This document shows, in pieces, positions 25,482-41,075 of a stretch of 64,000 bases of DNA. This DNA is from Trichoplax sp. H2 (taxonomy: Eukaryota): the NCBI GenBank assembly GCA_003344405.1, contig NOWV01000010.1:558001-622000 (forward strand). The letters run 5' to 3'. Below the pieces are notes generated by a model. It saw only the letters and a list, made by a program, of their open reading frames with translations, had not been told where the DNA came from and did not search any database. The number at the start of each line of letters is the position of its first letter. Position 1 is the first letter of the stretch. Made by a program: the position numbers and the translations under genes.

Positions 25482-27834
25482 TATCATTGATTTGTAGCTG
25501 ATTACTAATATAAATTAAGTAATAAATTGTAACATCAATGAGTTCAGTTAGTCCCATTTTTAAAATATTAAAAACTCAACTGATAATAATAATTGCTGAA
25601 ATACTGCATCTAATAGCTGTTACTGAAATCGGTTAAGAGAATTTTATTGAATTTCTCGGTATTGGTACATCGGTATGAATCAGAAAATTTTTTGTCTTTA
25701 TATTATACTAATTATTGTTAGATAGCAATGCTTCGAAATCTTCGTAATATTGAGGTAGAGATATGCCGGTATGGATAATGATAATTTACAGTATTGTTCT
25801 CGGTCTACTCTTCTGTACAAATTGTTCGTGATTCACGTTATTTTAAATAAAGCCTTTCAGACTAATCAATCTTGAAGAAAGCTTAATATGGTTCATCCTG
25901 AATGCTGTTATTTTTTGTTCACATTCTTTGTAACTAGTGCAACTTTAATTTTTTTGTGCTCCATTTGTTCTATTCAAGTATTAATTCATATTGAGTAGTT
26001 GCTGGAAAGTTTGACATTTCGTACAGTATATCTGTTATGAACCAATTACTGTAAGCTAGTATCATCGCATGATGGATTATAGCCAATCCACGACGAAAGT
26101 ATGCTTGCTACAAGCTACAATGCAACCAACTGAATAGTGTATACTCGTATATATGTATATGTAGAGTGAATATGTATAAAATACGAATATGTAATGTACT
26201 ATTACTAGATATCATATTTTCATCTATAGAAATTAATAACCATACCAATCATATGACTATTGGCGACTGTGATAGGCATTTAATGCACATCCGTTACCAA
26301 TTAAAAATACGATTCGAAAGTATTACTAGATACCTAAAACTCGTTCTTGTCAATCGAAAAATCGTTGTGATTTAGCATAGTAGAATTATGTACAGTAGAA
26401 TAGTGAACACCCATTAATGAATAATATATTAATTAGTTTTTAAATTTGGTCTTTCAAGGAGAGGGAGTGTGCCACAACGTCAGTGTAGAGTGTACGAGTA
26501 CACACCTTAGGGTATTCACTTAAAGCGTTAAACTGTAAATGCTTTTGTGTCATCACAATCAAGATTGAATTCCAACAGATGCATTTAATGATGAAATAAC
26601 TATCTTGACAGTGATAATAACTTATTCTTGATGGATGATTCATTGATGGCTAAAGCATGACTAAAGTAGTAATTACGCTATTAACGTTTACTAGTTCGAC
26701 TGATGGATAAACAGAAGGCTAAAAATAGTTATGATAGGTAAGAGGACTCAAAATTGTTCACGCTACTTGTAGAAGGTGGCTACATTATAAGGTACAGATC
26801 GTCGAAATAAAATTGACTTTATTTTTTGAAGAAAAATATCTATCTTTCCCCGAGAATCGAGTCATGTTATGAGTCAAATGACGATATCCGTAACCTTAAC
26901 GGATAATAAATTAGGTTAGACTTTCAGTTTGGCTACGAGCTAATAGTTTAATCAATAGCGTACTGCTATCATAATGAGAAGTGTTGATACCAAGTGACTA
27001 TGAAAGAGCTATTTTATTGAATTACGAGATATATGAGTATATATTCTTATCAATTTATCCGATTACTATTGCTGTTAAGCATACAGTAATAATGCTAGAC
27101 TAACAATTGAATCCTGCTGGAGGTCCGGTCCAGGTCTAACTGATATACGTTCTGTACGAACTCGTACTGTATGCGTAAAATGAACTGTCATCTACTATGC
27201 ACGCATACTATCGTCTCCAGAGATTGACAGATTCTACACAGCTGTTACAGTTTCAGACTTTGAGTGAATTGTTGCTTTATATTCATTTATTGATATTACT
27301 GGGGCAAATTACTATTACGTAACAAGTCTTTTCTTCCAACTTGAAAGATCTTTTTATGAGCAGCTACAATACAGTATATGGCAGTGAGGAAGTCCGTAAC
27401 TCGCTCGTGATGCAGGAGGAAATTTATTTTACTGGAGCAAGTTAACATACTGTACGTGAGAATCTCTTCTTTTTTAAGCATAGCCGCAAAAAAGTATCGA
27501 AATTACATCAAAATAAGAACCATAATAGCAAAATCTGTATCGCATTTAGGGTTTCTCCATGACTAGCCATATTTACGTTCTAAAGCCCAATTTTGAGACA
27601 GACAGACAGACAAAGCAAGAAAAAAACCGACCCAAACTTGTTATACTTCCTCGGGCGGGTGGACCTTCATCGCCAAATGAGGCTTCTCAATGTCGAAAAA
27701 TGACTACTTAGTAAAGGGATCTTCCGTGTCTGTTTTTCTATATCGGTGGTACTAATTGAAATAACATTATAAAACTAAATTAAGCCATCCGATCAAGCGA
27801 GAGCCAGTATTGCTGACTGTTTTATTTATTTGTT

Positions 27835-28010
27835 CTACTGTACACTCTGTACAGTATACGACCCATCTAGACTTATCCAGCATGGGTTACTTTCTTTTTC
27901 CATAACAATAGTGTACAGTACAGTATACAGACAGTTACAGTATTACTACCGTACGACTTACTGTACTAAGTACAGTACAGTACGTACTGTACAGTATGTA
28001 CAGTATAGTA
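27835..28010. repeat. TACAG/CTGTA array ~250 bp upstream of the FKBP12 ATG
   Basis: For example AGTACAGTACAGTACGTACTGTACAGTATGTACAGTA. Confidence 0.88.
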
Positions 28011-28260
28011 TTCTTATATGGTGTGCAAATTGGTCTGTCACCCCCTTTCTCTCTGATATCTTCTGCTACTACATAAGAGAATGTCAATAGGGTGACAGCT
28101 CATTTTGCAACGCAGAGTACACTATCACATATTGGCGCACGAGTCAGCGAAGTTCAAACTCCACTTATAAAAGGTGAAAAGAAAGAAAGAGCTGCAAGCA
28201 GACTGCACATACGGCTGGACTCGAGTGGCTAAAACATTTCCTTCATTGAAATTGATCAAA

Positions 28261-31200
28261 ATGTCCGGAGAATTTCGTATTGAAACTATCGAACCCGGCG
28301 ACGGTATTGAATAAATATATGATAAATTAGTCACACTATGCCACCCTAAATATTTTGATAATCAACATCGTGTGAATTTGATATTCATCCCTTTTCTAGA
28401 AAATGGATGAGAATCTGGATAGACAGTAGTGCGCAGTTTAATTCTCTTCCAAGATTTGCATTAGAGCATGATTACGCTAGTTTACTCGTGAAATGGAAAG
28501 AATCAATCATCAGTAGAGTCATTATATTACTATTAGTGAACAGGATGAGAAGCCACTGTATTCGATAACAATTTAGATCCTTTTCATGCGATTGGTGTTC
28601 ATACTCAAAAACCGTTATTTTAACGTTTTTATCCTATCCAACTGATCTATTTAGGGGTTACTTTTCCTAAGAAAGGCCAAACCGCCGTTGTTCATTACAC
28701 TGGTAAGTCACTTAAAAGATTAGAATAAAATTGGTCATCATGGATAGAAGAGACCGTAAAACATGATAAAACTCTCCAACGTGAGAGCTCGACTATACAG
28801 TACTAGGAGGAAAGATCTCCTACACTTCTTGATCCGATCAATATCGAAAATGCACTGCGATAACTTACCAGTACTTCTTTAGCTTAGCCTAATTGCTCCT
28901 TACTGCTGGACACTTGCATAGTAAAATATATCATAAATCAATAGTTAGATCCATCTCAACACTTATCGATATGTAAATGAATTAATTATATTCAACAGTC
29001 ATACAGAATTCTAAAATATTAGTAAATAGACTACAGGATAAAGTAGAATATGCCCATACTTGTAAATGAGAAAGATGGACGGTACTAGACTGCTGTTCGC
29101 AGAAGGACGTCAGCCTGGTCATAGCCTACAGATAGTACAGTACAGTAGTGTATTACTGTACCACACATAATTGTGGCTAGAATAAAAATACTCGAGAATT
29201 CGCAACAACAGTTCAAAATGATCGATATGCCGCATTTGATTTTCACGCATGGAAACGAACCCATAATTATCTATTTCATAATGCCATACTTTTAATTAAA
29301 TTTGCATAAATACATTATTTCACTTATTAGGTACTATACGATTACATCGGTAATCTACGCGTTCGTACTACTGTACTTTTAAACTAATTAATTATAATTA
29401 ATTAGTATTCTTCAGTTATCGGCGACACCTATTATAATTATTATTATCGGTTACTGGCACAATTTTTAACTTGTCTGTAATGGACGAAATCATTGTATCG
29501 CTCTAAGATGACAACGGTATCTTAAATGCATGGTACGACATTTAGCTAATGCCTATCTAAAGAATCCCTCTATAGGAAAGGAATTGCTATCGCAGATTCG
29601 TTACATTTTGCTTGCACGTTTACTTACTACAGTTGGCTTCAGTTTAGAGAATAATAGTTTGCATGCATTTTGTTAACTTTATTTATTACATCCTACAGTA
29701 GCTATCACTTTCCAATTCTGACAGTGTTCGAGTAGGCCTATTATGTGGAAGTTTTGCCTCATTAATAGATTCATACTGTACCTTGTTCTAAGGCAGCTTA
29801 TTGTCGCCGTTTTCTTAGGTACCCTAACCAACGGGAAAAAATTTGATTCATCAAGAGATCGCAATAAGCCTTTCAAATTCCGTGTTGGCACTGGTAGTGT
29901 CATTCGAGGTATATCACACAATTACCTATAATTATTTAGAACATAAAATCTTAGTACAAATCCTGCTTGGAATACTACTCATTCTGTATCAGTGAGTCCT
30001 TAAGCAGCTATTGTAATCTTAATGTGCTTTTATTGGATAATTAATTCCTATATCAACTTAACCAGTATAAATTTTAAATAAATAAAATACGTAGATTGAT
30101 ATCTGCATGAATGTTAAAACTATAGTTTGGTGCAGTAAGTTCTGCTGTTTTGCTCTGTGTTTATATACTTTTCCGTAATTAGCTCGATTAAACAGCATAC
30201 GCTAGAATTTAAGGAATAGCCGTATATCACCTTTCGATTTGTAGGACATTTGTCATATACTCTTGGAGATAATAATTCTTTGGATTTAGAGTAAACTTTA
30301 TTACTAAATGGATTATCTTAGTGAGTGGTTTCTTAATTTCTTTCCTTTTGTTGCTTTTTGAATTTTTGATTATTGGTTATGATTACCATGATCTTTTTGT
30401 ACTCCGATGTTTGGTAATATGGCATAAAATAAATGTACAACTTGTTAGGATGGGATGAAGGAGTAGCGAAGGTAAGTTATCTGCATTTCAAGCATTTATT
30501 AATTAACGCACTATTATATCCTATAAGCCTGAATAAAGATGTAAGAATGAACCAGTTAGAATTAAGATACTGTATATTACAATCAAAATAATATCCTCCA
30601 GTTATTATCTTGGCCGTAGTGGGTTGAAGTAGGTAGATAATATTGTATACTCTATTTCTTGGCCCTCTTAAACTTTGGACCACGACGCAACTGCATTAGA
30701 TGATGAAATTCTTCGATAATGTTAATGTAATTTTATTAATATTATTGATCAATAATGTTGAACGCTGTTGGATCTCTAATTTTTAATAAGGTGTGATGTG
30801 CAGTATTTATATGTAAAAATCATTTTGTCTTTAATATGCACTTTTACAGATTTTTGACTTCGGTAGATTAATTAATCTTCTATGAATCATCAGATGTTCT
30901 GTAGTTACACTCTAATAAAAATAACCAATAAACTTTTTTTTATCATACAGATGAGTGTTGGCCAACGAGCAAAACTTATTTGTCCACCTGAGTATGCGTA
31001 TGGTTCTCAAGGCGTCCGCGGTGCATATCCTTTCAAATATAATTATCATACCGCCTCTATTTTCCATTCGTTACGATTTTTGCTTATACACGAAATTGAG
31101 TGCAGATAAAAAATTTAAATGATTTATAGAACACGAGCATATACCCGCTCATTGGAGCGGAAAAGGCCACATGAAAGCCAATATACTGTATATAGTAGTA

Positions 31201-31690
31201 GTAGAAATTACCATGCATTTGTGTATATATACTCGCATTACAATTTTCTTAATATATACAGTATAGTATGATGCAAGCCTAAGCAATGATTAGATATATT
31301 ACCCTTTAGATAGTGATAAAATGTACTACTAGTTACTATATGCAGAAATTCATTACTATGAAATAGAGCTTGCTAGCTACACCTTTTGTTATGGAATACT
31401 TGAATTTTAAACTAAATGTAATAATGAGAATTTATAAACGAATACGAACGATAATTTAAATTAATCGCAGGTACTCGAGCTTGTTGAGGTTACTTCAATC
31501 ACTTTGCCCGATTTTAGCTTGTAACGATTTAGACAAAGATGCTTCCTTTGAAAATGAAGAGTTTAGAATCATATACTAGCCTTCTTTTTTTCTATTCTCG
31601 ACGATATCTACGGTTTGTTTTCTTAGCTTGCTCACTATTCCGCCAAATGCAACTTTGAACTTCGATGTTCAACTTATTAGCTTGGAATAA
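28261..31690 (+). CDS. FKBP1A: FKBP12-type peptidyl-prolyl isomerase, 110 aa, 6 coding exons, last intron AT-AC
   Basis: Exons 28261-28303, 28655-28702, 29819-29908, 30449-30471 (23 nt), 30951-31024, 31636-31690 = 333 nt. [44 protein letters not shown]...[29 protein letters not shown]...[18 protein letters not shown]. Confidence 0.96.
31025..31635 (+). other. U12-type (minor spliceosome) AT-AC intron of FKBP12
   Basis: 5' end ATATCCTTT matches the U12 consensus. The 3' end is ...TTTTCTTAGCTTGCTCAC|, a branch-like TTCTTAGC about 10 nt from the terminal AC. Removing it restores GGT GC|T ATT CCG CCA AAT (GAIPPN). Confidence 0.92.
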
Positions 31691-32368
31691 GTACTATGCA
31701 GCCTTGCTACCCCCTTGTATCAAAAGTGTGGATTGGTTGAAAATTGTAGGAGTACAAGAATATTTCGGGATTTCCGAGAGCTTTAATAGATGTAACTTTT
31801 TACTGGTGCCAAGTCGTGCACCAAATGTAGTATCTTGTACTTTAGAATGTTTTACAGCTTTGGGTCAATGTTTTATTTCTTAAATTGTAACGAATTTTAG
31901 AATAGCTATCGGATCGGTAATGTTCCGGCATTCACTTTATAATTCATGTATCTCTGCACTGATGACAGTTAGCTAACCAAATGTGTCAAATATCATGTAA
32001 TGGTCATGATGCCACACTTGAAGTAGGTCAACAATCGCAATCTTATGAATTGCTCGCATTGATGCAAATGCGCTATTTTACAAATTATTTGCTGTTCCTT
32101 GTTTCTGCCTCTTTGTGTCTTCTGAAGCCATGGAGCATTGATTCAGTTGAATGTTTTGCCGTTGTAGATGTAGAGAATGAGTAGCGACCATTTCGAGATT
32201 TTATTTTAAGTCTTTATGTGAGCGATTACCATTCAAATTATGTTTGCATTGTATGCAAAATCTATGACACTATCGATGTTCCAATTCTAAATGTAGTGTA
32301 CGCGTACGATTAAGTGTTCGTCCGCGGAATAAAAATCCTTCCGATACTAAAAATAATATATTTATCGT

Positions 32369-33094
32369 TCTTTCATGATGTTTAGTCAACTCCTTATATA
32401 TAATACAGTGAAGACTTGGGAATGTTATCAAGTTATGCACAACCGTAAATACCCAGATGCAGTAGAGTACGTGTATTAATATTACTTAAATTGATGTAAT
32501 TGAGTAATGAATATGTTACGGCCATTCCTAAGAATGATTTTGCCCTTAAGATTGGCCGTGATCAATCTTAAGGACAAAATCATTCTTAGGAATGGCCGTA
32601 ACAAATATACACTGAAGCGACCGCGGTTTTTAAACAAGATTTGTGTTTCAGTTTAATTACCTTTATAGACGAATCTATCATTATTCTTCACAAATATGGT
32701 ATGCTAAGCTACGTATCAAGTTCAACACTGTGGAACGCAGTGCGATATTAGTTTTAAGAAATTTTGTANNNNNNNNNNNNNNNNNNNNTCTTTCATGATG
32801 TTTAGTCAACTCCTTATATATAATACAGTGAAGACTTGGGAATGTTATCAAGTTATGCTCAACCGTAAATACCCAGATGCAGTAGAGTACGTGTACTAAT
32901 ATTACTTAAATTGATGTAATTGAGTAATGAATATACACTGAAGCGACCGCGGTTTTTAAACAAGATTTGTGTTTCAGTTTAATTACCTTTATAGACGAAT
33001 CTATCATTATTCTTCACAAGTATGGTATGCTAAGCTACTTATCAAGTTCAACACTGTGGGACGCAGTGCGATATTAGTTTTAAGAAATTTTGTA
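32369..33094. repeat. Direct duplication across a 20-N gap (32769-32788), probably two uncollapsed haplotypes
   Basis: 32369-32768 (400 bp) versus 32789-33094 (306 bp). They differ by the 94-bp element plus TSD and by five substitutions. Confidence 0.85.
32514..32603. mobile_element. 90-bp fold-back MITE-like element (41-bp TIRs, TGT...ACA ends, AATA target-site duplication)
   Basis: TGTTACGGCCATTCCTAAGAATGATTTTGCCCTTAAGATTG, an 8-nt loop, then the reverse complement with one mismatch. Flanked by AATA at 32510-32513 and 32604-32607. The duplicate copy after the gap has a single AATA and no element. Confidence 0.88.
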
Positions 33095-33656
33095 ACGAAA
33101 AATATCCCGTTATGACTCGTATCCTTGTTACCTTGCATGATTTTAAATCCTATTGACTGCTAGAAGCTGTTATACCCTCGAACAACATGATACTGTATTC
33201 GTATTTTAAAATAAAAAACCGACTTACAGATCTGCACGTTGTACACACAACATTCCAGTAACGTAAAGTATGATGGTGTTACTAAATTGTAGACTATTAG
33301 CGAAAAGTTTACTAATTGAACGAGAATTATAGATTCTAGCCATCAGCACAGAATCCTATGACACAGAATATGCGTACAAGTATATGGATTAGTCATTACC
33401 TTACTAAACAAAGTAGATATAATTGTACACAAAGAATAATATACTGTACAACAAAAAATTTTTCAATTTGGTGCTTTATTTCACATTAATCGCTATAGCA
33501 GGCGCTATAATTTTGTCATTTAAGCATGACTCGTTATAAAATTCACTCCAATGAGTTCATACCGACTGATCTAACTTTACCAAATCAATAAATCTCATCA
33601 CGATAGCGTTATATTGCATAGGACGTTAAATTAAAGTAAGTCACTAATACTAATTC

Positions 33657-36600
33657 TCACTTTAACTTAATAAAACGATGCTGAAGCTCGTAGATACCAA
33701 CAGAGATATTCTTTTTTGAATCATAATCTGCCCAATCCTAGAATTACATATTTTGAATGGAAAAGATACAGAAAAGAGATTTGAGAATAGGAAGGCACCT
33801 AATACGTATACGTAATCTATAGCACCCGCGTATAAATTTTCTGAGCTTAAGAAAATTAAATCCATTGATACAACCACCTAACCAATTAGCAGTAGTGTAT
33901 ATATGTACCTCTTCCGATAAATTGATGTCCGTGAAAGCCGTGTTCGATTCGGAAGATACTGCTTGAAATCCAATCTGTCAATAAATTGGGTGACGTAATA
34001 AGATGACTATAAATTTAACTATTCCGTAGCTAACCATTCCGTTCGTATGATGGAATATTATTGCGAATCGACACTTAACCGTTATAGCTCTTACTAAAAC
34101 TATTACCGGTACACATTGAATGATTCAGCTAGATACAGCATAATGCCAGTAAGTTACAACTCTGTGATACTGTACTAGGTTTTTATATCATATCACTATC
34201 AATTGTTATCAATTATACTATAACTATGACTAAGATAGCGAGATAGCTTTTTAGTTATCGATAACAGATACATTGCTAAGGTAATAAACAGTAGCACAGT
34301 TACGTTACCGGTAATAAAGTTAAATATATCTAGCCTACCCTTGGTGAAAAATTTGTTGGCTCTATGCCTCGGCAATCGAAAGCTACAATGGTTTTGTATT
34401 TTCTGCTTTCGCTGTCTTCGATCTAAGTAGATAAATCATTTGTTTCAAAATATACCGCTCACATCAGGTAATTGATGCAAGAATGCAGGAAAAAGCCAAC
34501 ACAGTCGTCATGACGTATTATATTAATAAGTTTAAAAATTTATGAATCCTCTTACGTTATAAGGTCCTACACTTCCTTCTATGATATCTAGAATGAAAAA
34601 GTAAAACATTTACACATACAGAATCAGTGTTGCCATTTTAATTTATCTCTGACAACAATGATTTCAATTCAGTTATAGTTCTCTTTACCACATTATCAGC
34701 TGGTGTTTATAGCACATCGAATATCATATGCTCCTATTTCATACCTATGGAATTTTCGCGCGAACATAACTTGCATTTAATGACTAAATTGGCACTGCCG
34801 CGACCACCTTTCAACGGCGACTTATCCTAATTTATCCCAATATTTTGAAGAGTTAAATCAGGGTTAGTATGATCTAGTTAGATATTTTCTTCCATCATCA
34901 ACAAAATTAGCTCCATTTCGAGATAGACATGCACGATTGCATGTGTACTGAAGATAATGGAGGCAGAGATCTATCGAAACACTCGATTTAATATGAAATT
35001 TATTGATGTTAGTAATCTGTTGACAATTTGACGTTTTTACATAGTAAATAAATGTTATCCGTACATCACAGAAATGGTAACAAAAAAATTTTCCAACATG
35101 CAATCAATAATACGATCTAATTCAATATACTGTCAAGTGATTATGATCTTTAAAGGCTCAATGGATAAATGAAAAATCCGGAAACGTTAATCAAATAAGT
35201 GCTAATTTTTTAAAGCGTAAACATATCTAAGCATCTTTACTACTATACGAGCAAACGCTAATTGGCTATTTATTTTATACAGTACATGATGTAAAGATCG
35301 TACTAGCTACTACTTATTTCACTTACATCTTGACATACATACACCCATGATGTTTCATCGCCACAATTAAGGCATTTCAGCTGTGAAGTATTACGTTGAG
35401 GAAAAGTATTATTAACGGTAAGATATCAGCTATAGAGTCAGAATAAAGCTATAGGATTAGGTTATTATTATAAAATTTATTAGAACAGAGTACTTACGTA
35501 TAGAATGTACACAATATTAACTTTATTAAATTAAAAATATTGCATAATATTGCTACTATAACGAAACTCGAGCAACAGTTGTGAAACTTATTTTACGTCA
35601 AAAAATATTGAGCCCATGCTGAAATCAATAGGCTACAAGCTATTAACTTCGTAGTAGACGATGAGCTTTAATGTTGTCGTAATTAACGCAATCTAGACTA
35701 ATGCGTGGATAACTTGACTGCAATAGTTACTAGAATAAATGGTTATTTAATAATATCTATACGATAATTTAACTATTTCCAAGTAATTGGACTCTTTAAA
35801 TACTCCACTGTAATTACGATATAATTTTGTTATTAGGTTATAATTAGCAAGCCTAACAAATACGTGATTAATACTAATAGTATACTTTTAAATACCACCG
35901 AAAGTCTTCACCAGATGCTATCAAATTGGTTATATTCTCCAAATCAGCTTGTATTTGAAGGCCAACTTTCTATAATTTTAAATGTGGACTTTAGTGATGG
36001 AAAGCTCTAGGCATCCAAGATTGTTTATTTCCATGTATCTTATATCATACTTATATATACCGTATACATTTGTATATCAGCACTAGTTATTGTATCATTA
36101 TAATTATTAGGATTGGTATATATTACAGTAGTACAATACAACAGAAGATACAAGTGTATTACATGGTACTCCATAAGCATAATATTATGCAGTTTCCTTC
36201 GGTGATATTTATAAGTAAAAAACATTCATGATTCTGCTTTGGTTTGAAGTACCTGTAACCTTTGTATTATACCATGTTTAATTTATATAGCTGATGCATA
36301 ATTTTAGAGATAAATGGATTACTATCTATCTTGGTGGTATTAATGAACAGTAGTCTTTCTAATTTACCAGTAAATAAAGAGTATGACAAAATTATTATCA
36401 CCCATGATGATGCGATTGTTGATTCATGATTTGCACTAGTAACATTACACGAGAACATACCAATAAAATAAGTATCTTAGCTCAATATGCACAGTAATCA
36501 AAAGTGGTTACGGAATACCAATATTGATAATTCGTTCAAGATTGGAGAATTTCAAGACCTGTACTGTATGTGTAATTTATCCTAAAATTATCTATTTTAT

Positions 36601-37350
36601 TGACTTTACTGGTGACACCGGTTCATTGCAATTTCGATACTGGGAAATAAGAAATAGCAATGCTAGAATACGTACTATAGATTGCCTTCAATCAACTTGT
36701 TTCTAGTTTTGACAACGTAAGCAAAAGCAACTTTGTCCAGAGTTATGCTCTCTATAGCACAAAATTAATTTACTGCAATGAAACTACATCTCTTCTAATT
36801 ACCATAGCTGTTGCGTAAAAATACAGTAGGTGCATGCATACGTATTCTACTCACTATACGAGTACAGTAGGACAGTCAGGAAGATACTCGTATGATAGGT
36901 GTTAAAGTTATATTGTAATCGTCCAATTAGAACGTTAACAAAGAGCAAATCTGCAACACTAACTACAACTCTACCTAGCTGTCCGAATAATAAATTATAG
37001 AACATGCAGTCAAGAATAAGTCTCTCACCAACTTGGCTAGCGTAGAGTATAGCGCGAGTATTTAACTAAGTTAGTTACAGGAACTTGTGTAAGAATTCAT
37101 TGCTTAGTCATGGGTTAGCAGAGCTCAATATCCATGTCGCCTATAGCTAGTAAAACTGATTGTCAACATTGTTCCATAGTATGGACTGTTTATAATAGAG
37201 GACTGTGCCATCTCGTTAACTCCATTATATCAGTCAAGTATTTTAGACAATTGTCATCCATTGCTTATTTTTACGGACGATCAAATTTGTACGCGTTTTT
37301 TTGTACTCCGTATTCTCTTACAAGATCGGTTTGCCTAGACTTACCACCAT
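33657..37350 (-). CDS. CZIB: CXXC-motif zinc-binding protein (C1orf123/UPF0587/DUF866), 162 aa, 8 coding exons
   Basis: Exons 37350-37345 (ATGGTG), 35969-35886, 35380-35327, 34826-34745, 34587-34556, 34422-34339, 33974-33909, 33737-33657 = 489 nt. [18 protein letters not shown]...[15 protein letters not shown]...[23 protein letters not shown]...FDCRGIEP...DWADYD...SVGIYE. Confidence 0.95.
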
Positions 37351-37411
37351 TTTGAACAGGCTTTGGAAAGTTGGCCACAAATGAGATCAAGGCTCAAATC
37401 TCACCCGCCGC

Positions 37412-38075
37412 TATACAGTATACTATACTGTACAGTACAGTACGTACACTGCAGAAGGACGGATGGAAGAGGACAACACTGAGTTCAGTACAGTACTACA
37501 GTGCTGTACTAACAGGGAAAGAATCAGTGTACTGTACACTGTAGAAATGATGTTACAGTATCGAAAAGGCAAAACCGTACATTACCGTACTGAGTACTGT
37601 ATTCCCTTTGTGATACTGGTACAGTATGTACTGTACAGTACAGTACTGTAGCAGAAATTGAAAGCAGCGCATACTGTACAGTTGCTGTACTGTACTGTAT
37701 AGATGATGTACGGTACACTGTACACTACTGTACAGTACACTGTACTGTACACAGTCTACAGTACAGTGTACAGTACGGTGTACACAATCTCACCCGCCAT
37801 TGTACTGTACTCTACAGAAAAGACAGAAGGACAGTACTACAGTACTGTACGCTACAGTATAGATGGTATACTGTACACTGTGTACAGTACACAATCTCAC
37901 CCGCTGTTGTACCGTACAGTACTCTACAGAAAAGACAGAAGGACAATACTACAGTACTGTACAGTACTTACGCTACAGTGTAGGTGATATGCACTGTGAG
38001 CTGTACAGTACTTTACATCGTACAGTACAGTACAGTACACAGTCTACAGTGTACAGTACAGTACAGTGTACACAA
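37412..38075. repeat. TACAG/CTGTA array between divergent CZIB and UBE2W
   Basis: About 660 bp of degenerate pentamer, starting ~60 bp from the CZIB ATG and ending ~335 bp before the UBE2W ATG. Confidence 0.92.
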
Positions 38076-38410
38076 TGATTGTCAAGTCATAGTGAAGACA
38101 TCAACACGACAATCTAAATTAAAAAGAGGCTGAGCAAATTGCCATCGCTAAAAAGTAGAAGAACAGCCCTACCCAAGCCAATATAAGTTCACTGTCCAAT
38201 TAATCTATTCAACCTAACTGTAGATTCCTTATATTAATATACTGACATTCATTCAAGAAGATTTAGCTGCTAGCACTTGCTGTTAAAGGCAACTTTAGAC
38301 ATCGATCAATATCACAAAGAGTAACATACAATTTATCCATCCTATTGCAGATTGATTTGCTTGATTTTTTTTGAATACACCGGATAGGCAAAATTATTCA
38401 TTGGGTCAAG

Positions 38411-41075
<2,665 letters not shown>

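Noticed and set aside
30882-31109. ORF-track FKBP C-terminus AYPFKYNYH...
   Set aside because: It is read-through into the AT-AC intron. The real last exon is 31636-31690.
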